Source: a virus. From it: 64,000 nucleotides of DNA. Location of the stretch: the IMG/VR virus record IMGVR_UViG_3300012953_000001, positions 64,001-128,000 of that record. One strand, given 5' to 3'. Below, one piece after another: positions 57,338 through 64,000 of this stretch (its first letter is position 1; every line of letters begins with the position of its first letter). The notes beneath the pieces were generated by a model. That model made no database searches, had not been told where the DNA came from, and saw only the letters and a program-made list of their open reading frames with translations. The position numbers and the translations under genes were made by a program.

Positions 57338-58006
57338 CTATCCTCCTATTTTCGTGTTAGGCATTCGAGCAAAACCAATTAACCTAGTTTCTCTATCAAG
57401 ATCGTGGGTTAATCGTTTTACGTGGGAGGGAAATCTCCCAACGTTTCCTTCTATTGTTTCTATCACACCGTGCTGATAATTCTCAATAATTCCAATGTGG
57501 CCTTGCCAAGACCCAGGCTTTCCTCGATCCCAGCATACGATATCGCCTGCTGCTGGTATCGTTACCTCAGACCCCGCTTCTTTGATATACTTGTACAGCG
57601 CTTTCGCTCCGTGACTAGTTTTGAAGGGAAGGTCAACGCCGAGACTATCCGCTGCAACCATACAGCAGTAACTAACGAAACTAGCACACCAAGCACCATC
57701 ATCATCAGGATTGCCGTCGTCAGGAATTCCTTTATAGCGAGCGATATGCTCCCCAGAGTTGTTACCACCAATTTCACCATTGCCGATCTCCTTGATAGCT
57801 GTTTCTAAAGCCATGAGACCGAGATTACTTGTGGGACCACTATTACCAAACATATCTAATAATAATGACTGCTGGGTTTGTGGGCCGCAGTAACCATCAA
57901 CAGACAAGCCCTTGCTTTCCTGCCAATGTTTAACGAGATGCATTATCTGCTCTTGGGTAAACAGCCCAAGCTCGATTTGGTGTTTATTATATGATTCTGC
58001 GCTCAT
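57338..58006 (-). CDS. Modular endolysin: N-terminal PG-binding domain plus CHAP amidase/peptidase
   Basis: VKHWQESKGLSVDGYCGPQT (PG_binding_1); AWCASFVSY, GHIGII and TIEGN (CHAP motifs). Confidence 0.9.
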   Translation of the reverse strand: MSAESYNKHQIELGLFTQEQIMHLVKHWQESKGLSVDGYCGPQTQQSLLLDMFGNSGPTSNLGLMALETAIKEIGNGEIGGNNSGEHIARYKGIPDDGNPDDDGAWCASFVSYCCMVAADSLGVDLPFKTSHGAKALYKYIKEAGSEVTIPAAGDIVCWDRGKPGSWQGHIGIIENYQHGVIETIEGNVGRFPSHVKRLTHDLDRETRLIGFARMPNTKIGG

Positions 58007-58015
58007 ACGTATCCT

Positions 58016-58810
58016 TTAAAAATTCATCCTGAATAAGTTGCCCTGCCCAGTGGGGCTAAATGGCAATACGCCTGTATTCTTTTGTCCAAAAGGGTTGAAC
58101 TTTTGTCCAGCCCTAGGGGCTCTTGGAGTAGCCGGTGGCTTAGCCGGTCTTGTGATGCCTGAATTTGGGTACATGGGCGTTCTCGCCCTCATCAAACTGT
58201 TTGGCCCTGCGGCACTAGTCGCATTGGGTGACGGGGGCGTAGGCATCTTGGGGATCTTCAGCTTTAGCTTCGAGACAAGCGAAAGATTTTTACTCCAAGG
58301 GTGGGGTCCAGCCCTTACCGGAGTATGCGTTGGTCCCGTTGGTCTATTGAGTACGTTTGGTGCTGACTTACCTACCACTCTAGTTGGTTGACTGTATCCC
58401 CCAGGGGTAGTCTTGGTCCCAGATAAGGGTGGGGAAAGCATGGAGCCCTGTAGCAACTCCCCAGGACCACGCATACCAACTGGTTTAGATGAGTCCATGT
58501 ACCTACTCTGCCTATTAGTAGCTACTGCTTTTGCTTTTTGGTGCTTAGCTTGGATCTTATTCTGGATCCCTGTCCCTAATGCACCACCCTTACTACCGTA
58601 ATTGCCTGGAGCTTTAGGCATGTCAAATGCTTTGCCTCCGGGATGCGGCTTAGGGTTCTTAGTGCCATCCTTTACCACAGGTCTTGGGCGAGCTTTTCTT
58701 GGGGAATACGCGACCTTCTCCAACAGACCGAGGACATAATTGTCCGCAATCTTGGCTACAGCTATTTTTTCAAGCTCATCCCGCATTGACCTAAGAATAG
58801 ACACGTTCAT
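58016..58810 (-). CDS. Pro/Lys-rich disordered KxA-motif protein
   Basis: MRDELEKIAVAKIADNYVLGLLEKVA gives three motifs in 35 aa; the remainder is low complexity. Confidence 0.6.
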   Translation of the reverse strand: MNVSILRSMRDELEKIAVAKIADNYVLGLLEKVAYSPRKARPRPVVKDGTKNPKPHPGGKAFDMPKAPGNYGSKGGALGTGIQNKIQAKHQKAKAVATNRQSRYMDSSKPVGMRGPGELLQGSMLSPPLSGTKTTPGGYSQPTRVVGKSAPNVLNRPTGPTHTPVRAGPHPWSKNLSLVSKLKLKIPKMPTPPSPNATSAAGPNSLMRARTPMYPNSGITRPAKPPATPRAPRAGQKFNPFGQKNTGVLPFSPTGQGNLFRMNF

Positions 58811-58815
58811 TGCAA

Positions 58816-59733
58816 TTAACCCTTTTGCATTTTTCGGGCTAATTCAAGCAGTTTATCCTGAACACCCTTCTTACCGCCCAACTCACCACGAGTGCTTAGT
58901 GGAACCGAGATAGACCCGTCTCGCTTCATACGGTCAATCGCTTTATCTCCAAAGCGCTTTCTCCAAGCCTTCTCCATTGCGGGAGACAGCTTCGAAGCCG
59001 ATGTGTCTGGCATAAAGAACGCGCCCATTGGGTTTCTTTTGCCTCGCTTCGGTTGCATATTAATAATGTCTTTCGCCCCCATCATCTTATGCAGTCTTCG
59101 TCTACCAAAGAAGCCAAGGGTTGGAGTATCTTTAATGCCCTTCTTCAAGGCTGATACGGCTAACATCTGTGGCCCCATCCCCACTAATTTTGCCTTGAGC
59201 ATCGGGCTCAACGTGGACTCGCCCTTTCTAGCAGCCTTAGCCCCCAACGCAGCGGCAGCAACATTACCAGAAGCCCCAGAGAGATAAGTCGTGTAAGCCC
59301 ACAACAGATCCCTTCGCGCCTTCTTGTATGTTTTTGGTGCAATACCTTTGAGCTTCTTTAGAGCCTTAAGTCCATGGTACGTGGCCAAGAATTCTTCTGC
59401 CAGTCTGGGTGCTTCCCCTGCGGCTTGAACTGCGCCATCTTGAACCATGTGTTTTCGTAGTTCTTTCTTACTTGGGGCCTTTCCAACGCCACGAGAATAC
59501 CGACGATACTTGTTAATTAGTTGAGAGACCCCTGGGCCTGCTCCATAACCAAGCATCCGAAGCTTTCGAACAGTTTTGCTTGAGCCTCTTAACGTCTTTG
59601 CATGCCCAAGCTCATGTGCAAGGATAGATGCAGGCGCTCTATGAGGAGTGCCTTTTCGTACAAGAGTCTCTAGCCCTCTACCCATCATCTGTTTTAGTGC
59701 GCTCTTCGCAGCATACTTCTCTAATGCGTTCAT
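58816..59733 (-). CDS. Zincin metallopeptidase (YugP/Zn_peptidase_2-like) with a MNALEKYAAK leader
   Basis: ILAHELGHA, LAEEFLAT and KARRDLLWAYTTYL parallel YugP AHEVGHA / VEFDAS / ARKVLxAAALTYV. Confidence 0.65.
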   Translation of the reverse strand: MNALEKYAAKSALKQMMGRGLETLVRKGTPHRAPASILAHELGHAKTLRGSSKTVRKLRMLGYGAGPGVSQLINKYRRYSRGVGKAPSKKELRKHMVQDGAVQAAGEAPRLAEEFLATYHGLKALKKLKGIAPKTYKKARRDLLWAYTTYLSGASGNVAAAALGAKAARKGESTLSPMLKAKLVGMGPQMLAVSALKKGIKDTPTLGFFGRRRLHKMMGAKDIINMQPKRGKRNPMGAFFMPDTSASKLSPAMEKAWRKRFGDKAIDRMKRDGSISVPLSTRGELGGKKGVQDKLLELARKMQKG

Positions 59734-60281
59734 TAAAATGTCCCCTGTATATTACCGGTAAAGTAGGGTTTTCGTTGGTTCCGACCTGCTCCTACTGGCA
59801 ACCGCGCCCCAATATTACCACGAATATTCTTTGATAATCTTCCGCCCCAACCCATGTTTAAGGTGCTTGGTCGTCCACCCGACAAGGTGGTCCCAACGCT
59901 AAGTGGACCGGCTTTCACGCCTAAGTTAGTCATAGACTTCTTCGGCATTACATCTCGCCAAGTCATTCCGACCGGCGCTCCGCTTCTGGCTAAACTTCGA
60001 TTGATAGAGAGACGCTGCAAGTTATCAGTTGCGCCCTGACCCCTAGCCATAATGCCTTGTAATCCCTTAGTAGGTCTTTCCATTTTGCTAAGAGAGGTCA
60101 TCGGGTTGCTTGAATGAGAAGCTGTCACCTTAACGGGTGACTTAGAGTACGCCTTGCCAATCCCAGAAAGGGTGGCCCCAACAGACGAACTAACTGTTGG
60201 CTTAGCCAAAATCTTCTTAGCTATCTCGGCTAACTTGGTAGTTAGCTTTCGCTTGGACGCGTATTTCTCTAAGGCGTTCAC
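59733..60281 (-). CDS. Basic protein with a (M)NALEKYASK leader
   Basis: GTG 60281 with AAAGGGG upstream, just after the previous stop at 60284; in frame with the 60341 ORF. Confidence 0.6.
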   Translation of the reverse strand: MNALEKYASKRKLTTKLAEIAKKILAKPTVSSSVGATLSGIGKAYSKSPVKVTASHSSNPMTSLSKMERPTKGLQGIMARGQGATDNLQRLSINRSLARSGAPVGMTWRDVMPKKSMTNLGVKAGPLSVGTTLSGGRPSTLNMGWGGRLSKNIRGNIGARLPVGAGRNQRKPYFTGNIQGTF

Positions 60282-60283
60282 GG

Positions 60284-60916
60284 TTATGACCCCTTTACCC
60301 ATTTCTGGTTGTCTTTGTCTTTCGTCTTGCTTGGGCTCCACTTGACCTTATCCGCCCAATAAGCCGCACTCAAACGACCCTTGGAAATGTTCTTGCCGTG
60401 GCGGGACTTAAACGCCTTGCGTTGACCAGCGGTCTGGTTGGTCTTCACGCCCTGCTGCCCAAAGCGGATAGTCTTTACTTGGTCACCCTCTTTAGCAACA
60501 ACGATGTGAGACTTAGTAGGGTGATTAGGTGTGCGCTTAGGCTTGTTGTAGCCAGAAACACCAGCACGTTCTAGCCGTGGGTCTCTCGAAGCGGCAATCT
60601 TAGCCCAAGCCTTCTTGGTCTTCTCGTCTTTAGGGACCACTCTCTCACCCTTATGCACACGAGCGTATGGCTTGCCCTTCTTGTCGGTCAAATAGCCATC
60701 CTTCTTCACGGGTCCGCCCTTGGAATAACCAGCTAGTCCGCTACCCTTCATCATCCGTTGGGTGAAATTGGAGTTCCCCATCATGGCGATTTTCAGCTTG
60801 TCACTGACAGCCTGAAGACGTTCGGCTTGACTTTTATGCATCTTGGAAGCCCCGTGAAGTTCCTTAACAATCTTCTTGAGCTTCTTCTTAGCGGCATATT
60901 TCTCTAGCGATCTCAT
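60284..60916 (-). CDS. Modular basic protein: MRSLEKYAAK leader, GG...HKGERV module and RFGQQG...SAAYWA domain
   Basis: ATG 60916 overlaps the previous TGA (ATGA). The C-terminal DPRLERAGVSGYNKPKRTPNHPTKSH...RFGQQG...RH...SAAYWA domain is one I recognise as a standalone small protein in marine phages. Confidence 0.7.
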   Translation of the reverse strand: MRSLEKYAAKKKLKKIVKELHGASKMHKSQAERLQAVSDKLKIAMMGNSNFTQRMMKGSGLAGYSKGGPVKKDGYLTDKKGKPYARVHKGERVVPKDEKTKKAWAKIAASRDPRLERAGVSGYNKPKRTPNHPTKSHIVVAKEGDQVKTIRFGQQGVKTNQTAGQRKAFKSRHGKNISKGRLSAAYWADKVKWSPSKTKDKDNQKWVKGS

Positions 60917-62064
60917 ATAGACCACCGGTCATTCTTTAGGCCTTCCTTCGTTCTCGGCGTAAGGTTTTGCCTATTGATCTGGGGTGTTGGGTAATACTCT
61001 CGGTATGGCATGGTTCCTCCGGAAGGAGTAGTCTTGCCAGTCTTACCGCCTAATCCGCCTTTGGCTTTAGGAGATTTGAGGAAAGCGCCCTTTGCTGCCT
61101 TAAGCCTATCGGTGAGACGGTTCTTGTCCCATGCTTTTTTGGCTTCCCAGCCCAGTACCCCTCCAGCAGCAGCGATTGCTGGTTTAGAGTTAACAAGCCT
61201 TGCAGCCATGCCACCCATTCTTCCGTAGTTTCTTCCAGCACGAGCAGCGAAAGTAGCCCCTCTGTTACCCCAAGTGGTAACAGGTGCTTTGATCCCAGTG
61301 CGTCCTCGCTTGAATCCCTCTTGCAAGCCTTTGCCAGCAGCCTGGGGGATTTGGCGGAGTCCAGTGGCCCCTGAGCGAACAGCAGCCTTTAGTCCTCTCC
61401 CTAATAAAGCCAAGTTTGCTGTCTTCACAGCGTCAACGCTCCCAGCCTTGCTCAACATAGTTAAGTAGGATCCTCCACGGACTTGCGAAGGGGGCGTAGG
61501 CGGCTTTATTGTTTTCGCCGCCGCGCTCAATGCCCCAGATTGCGCCTTATGTATCCAGCTACTCTTAACCTTTATTGGTTTGCCTGTGGTGTCAGGTTGT
61601 CCATTGCTTCCTTTAGGTAATTTGTATGCACCATAAGAGGACGCTTGCAGCGTGAGCGGGTGACCGCCCTGGGCGATTTTGCGTAATGCTGAATTTAGTT
61701 TCACTTTAGCTCCTGGAAAGACTGCGTCTTTGACCGGGTTTGGGTGCTCCCAGACCCTCTTCAGGGTTTTCTGGTAGCGCCCTTCTGGTTTTCTTGGTGT
61801 AGAGGATATTCCGCCACCACCTTTCATAATATCCAGGTAACTTCCCCCACGCGCCTGCCCACGTTGCGCACCACCGCTGCTCCCTTTGGAAGCTGAGGCT
61901 ACCGCCCTACTTAAGATCTTTGACGTGTCTTTTGTCTCTGGGTACTTCATTGGAGCGCCAGAGTACGGGTCTAACCCTGACTGCCTAAAAATTTCGAAGT
62001 CAGACTTGGCTAGCTTCTCAAAAGCATCGTTAATATATGCTAAGTAATACTGCTTAGTACTCAT
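60913..62064 (-). CDS. Basic KxA-motif protein with two RGGSYL motifs
   Basis: FEKLA, LRKIA and VKTA motifs; RGGSYLDIM and RGGSYLTML. Confidence 0.6.
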   Translation of the reverse strand: MSTKQYYLAYINDAFEKLAKSDFEIFRQSGLDPYSGAPMKYPETKDTSKILSRAVASASKGSSGGAQRGQARGGSYLDIMKGGGGISSTPRKPEGRYQKTLKRVWEHPNPVKDAVFPGAKVKLNSALRKIAQGGHPLTLQASSYGAYKLPKGSNGQPDTTGKPIKVKSSWIHKAQSGALSAAAKTIKPPTPPSQVRGGSYLTMLSKAGSVDAVKTANLALLGRGLKAAVRSGATGLRQIPQAAGKGLQEGFKRGRTGIKAPVTTWGNRGATFAARAGRNYGRMGGMAARLVNSKPAIAAAGGVLGWEAKKAWDKNRLTDRLKAAKGAFLKSPKAKGGLGGKTGKTTPSGGTMPYREYYPTPQINRQNLTPRTKEGLKNDRWSI

Positions 62065-62073
62065 TATTACCTC

Positions 62074-62490
62074 CTAATATCCAGAAGAAGCTGAAGCTAC
62101 AGCAGCTTGTGCTTTTCCGCTAGTCCCAGTGCTCATTCGATCACCAGTTTTAATACGCATGTTAGAATCCTTCAATAGCTGATCTTTAACCAACCGGCTA
62201 AACGGTTCGAGAACTTTATTAGATGACAGCACTCGGTAAAAGCCAGCCATCTTAGACTGGTGTACCAGCAGAATATCAGGAGATACATACGCGAGGAAGC
62301 GTATATGGTGGGTTGCGGTGTCATAAGAGTAGGTCGTAAAGACCTCGTTCCTGTTCGGACCAATAGTTGTGTACTGTGCTGGTTCGCCCGAAAAAGGAGT
62401 CTGCTGAAACTGCCCCGTGCTGTTGTAGGTTTGTCGATTAACTCCATAGAAGTTAGTTACGACATCGAACTTGTTTGCGAGTGAAAACAT
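62074..62490 (-). CDS. Hypothetical protein downstream of the probable tape measure
   Basis: GGAGAG RBS, co-oriented; no family recognised. Confidence 0.55.
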   Translation of the reverse strand: MFSLANKFDVVTNFYGVNRQTYNSTGQFQQTPFSGEPAQYTTIGPNRNEVFTTYSYDTATHHIRFLAYVSPDILLVHQSKMAGFYRVLSSNKVLEPFSRLVKDQLLKDSNMRIKTGDRMSTGTSGKAQAAVASASSGY

Positions 62491-62502
62491 TTATTACTCT
62501 CC

Positions 62503-64000
62503 TTAATTCTGTCCGGGCGGCTTCCAAGCCTTCAATTTGTCTGCCAATCCACTGAGTGCTGTTAAGACGCCCTGCACTGCTTCTTGGGCTCCTGCGCCTC
62601 CACCACCTCGGCCAGAAGTAGGATTAAGCGGAGCGAGGTTCGTTGATAGTCTTGTAATAAGCTGTTCACGCTTGGCCTTATCTCCGGCAGAGCCCGAGAC
62701 AAGATCTTTACTCAGCCCTTCGACCTCCTCCTCTGTAGCAGTCTTGCCAGACTTGCGGAAGATATCCCTCGCGGTCTCATTTAGCATACTCTCCAGTCTA
62801 GTGGTTAGTTCGCCTTTACCAGAAGAGGGATCTTTTAAGTACGCTTGTTCTTGCTTAGTCAGCTTATTGAATTTGGGGTTGTGCGAGATTGAGGACAAGA
62901 ACTTCATGGGAGAGTCTTTCGCCTCTTCCCACTGTTTCGTGTAATAACGAACGTTTGCGCCAACAACTGCCGCTCTACCTGTAAAGGCTGTACCACCCTT
63001 AGCCAACGAAGTAATTGCCCGATCTTTACCCTCATCGGTCATGTCATCGCCTAGGAACATCCCGGCGACTTTTTTCATTGCCTCGTTTTCATGGTCTTTA
63101 ATCTTGAAGCCTGACGATGGATCGTAGCTTCCCTGACCTTTATTAAACTCCTCAAGGTGCTTAGAAAAAGCATTCTTGCTGGCGTACCCACCAGCCATCG
63201 CTGCCATTCTAGAGCCTGAGGTGGCTTGGATTGACTCATCACCAAGAGCTTTTGTACGACCACCCAAGTAGCCGATGAGCTTTTTGCCCTCTTCACTGTC
63301 CTTGACCAGGGTGTCAAAGTTGGTTCCTTGGCCCCACCCGGCCTGCGCCAAAGACTTATTGGCACCCGTGTGAAGCATCAGTTTGTCATTGAGCGCACCG
63401 GGCTCTTTCATTTTATCAATAAAGTCGCCTGCGGTCATCTGGTCACCGGACCCAAATGCGCCACCAGTCTTAGCTAACGCTGCACTAAACCCTGGGACAG
63501 AACGAAACTCATCTATGTAGGAAGACCTCTGCGAAGTAGTAAGTTGGCCTCTAGCTCTATCCGCTTTTAACCTAGAAAGAATGCCCTGATACGGAGAACC
63601 CTCCGCGCCAGATAGTGTTCTATGAATTTCTGATAATACCGCGTTGTCTGTTTCTTGAGTGCCGGTGCCCCCGTAAGGGCTTTGCAAGCCTGAGCTGTTC
63701 ATGCTCAACGCTTTAGCTGTGGGTGTGCTTGAGGCCCTGACTAGTTTTGTTATCTCTTCATGCGGGGCCAACCCATCCCCCTGCTTAAAGTCAGGATTCT
63801 TCATGTTTGTGAGATGCTTTGAGAGCGTCCCCTCATCTACCCCAAGTGTCGTAGACAGTCTTGATAAGGAATCACCAGACTGGTGCCCCAAAAGTTGCTC
63901 AGCAATTCGTTTTCCTTGATCGCCACCCTTACCCAAAAGAGCTGTGATGTGAGCACCTGTTCTGTGTCCAAGCATTGTTGTTGTTCTGTCCCGAGCAGAC
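62503..64000 (-). CDS. C-terminal part of a long helical protein, probably the tape measure (5' truncated by the window edge)
   Basis: The frame stays open from 63975 to the edge; helical, Gly/Ala/Lys-rich, ending GGGGAGAQEAVQGVLTALSGLADKL; upstream of tube-initiator and hub genes. Confidence 0.5.
   Translation of the reverse strand, partial: SARDRTTTMLGHRTGAHITALLGKGGDQGKRIAEQLLGHQSGDSLSRLSTTLGVDEGTLSKHLTNMKNPDFKQGDGLAPHEEITKLVRASSTPTAKALSMNSSGLQSPYGGTGTQETDNAVLSEIHRTLSGAEGSPYQGILSRLKADRARGQLTTSQRSSYIDEFRSVPGFSAALAKTGGAFGSGDQMTAGDFIDKMKEPGALNDKLMLHTGANKSLAQAGWGQGTNFDTLVKDSEEGKKLIGYLGGRTKALGDESIQATSGSRMAAMAGGYASKNAFSKHLEEFNKGQGSYDPSSGFKIKDHENEAMKKVAGMFLGDDMTDEGKDRAITSLAKGGTAFTGRAAVVGANVRYYTKQWEEAKDSPMKFLSSISHNPKFNKLTKQEQAYLKDPSSGKGELTTRLESMLNETARDIFRKSGKTATEEEVEGLSKDLVSGSAGDKAKREQLITRLSTNLAPLNPTSGRGGGGAGAQEAVQGVLTALSGLADKLKAWKPPGQN

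Noticed and set aside
41422-61468. + strand ORFs opposite the Ala/Gly-rich genes (e.g. 41422-41862, 48177-48846, 56066-56641, 58038-58391)
   Set aside because: Low-complexity GCN/GGN coding leaves the opposite strand free of stops.
1-64000. Stop-codon reassignment
   Set aside because: Genes of 2,000-2,600 aa are intact under code 11, and TAA, TAG and TGA all end tightly packed genes.
62503-64000. Tail-chaperone programmed frameshift
   Set aside because: It would lie upstream of the tape-measure start, outside this window.
1-64000. Prophage boundary or host chromosome segment
   Set aside because: No integrase, att-like repeat or host housekeeping genes; the whole window has phage-type gene packing.

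Overview
The window is a 64-kb piece of a large tailed (contractile-tail, myovirus-type) bacteriophage genome. I saw no host housekeeping genes, integrase, tRNA, rRNA or CRISPR array. Two convergent blocks meet at a bidirectional terminator near 6.63-6.66 kb. The + strand block (1-6.6 kb) is a recombination/DNA-metabolism cluster: GIY-YIG, a RecA/UvsX with a rewired active site, two PD-(D/E)XK nucleases (one Cas4-like), RusA and an AT-hook protein. It ends with a small insulated gene that has a structured leader. The - strand block (64.0 to 6.7 kb) is virion morphogenesis: probable tape-measure C-terminus, PG-binding+CHAP endolysin, Hc1-like protein, hub, gp25-like, very large baseplate J and wedge proteins, and three fibre/spike proteins, one with a CUB domain and one with a very long beta-helix. 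The main signal is two clusters (41.3-49.2 kb and 58.0-62.1 kb) of basic, low-complexity proteins sharing a [LMF]-[ED]-K-x-A motif. Three of them begin M-[NR]-[AS]-LEKYA-[AS]-K and three share RGGSYL. The motif also sits at a module junction, and a related KYA motif leads a SigB/FliA-type sigma factor; a zincin carries the leader and a Cys-protease candidate lies in the same cluster. My inference is an undescribed capsid-targeting/processing system that packages cargo, including a sigma factor, into the virion. All family assignments come from motif recognition by eye; no database searches were run.
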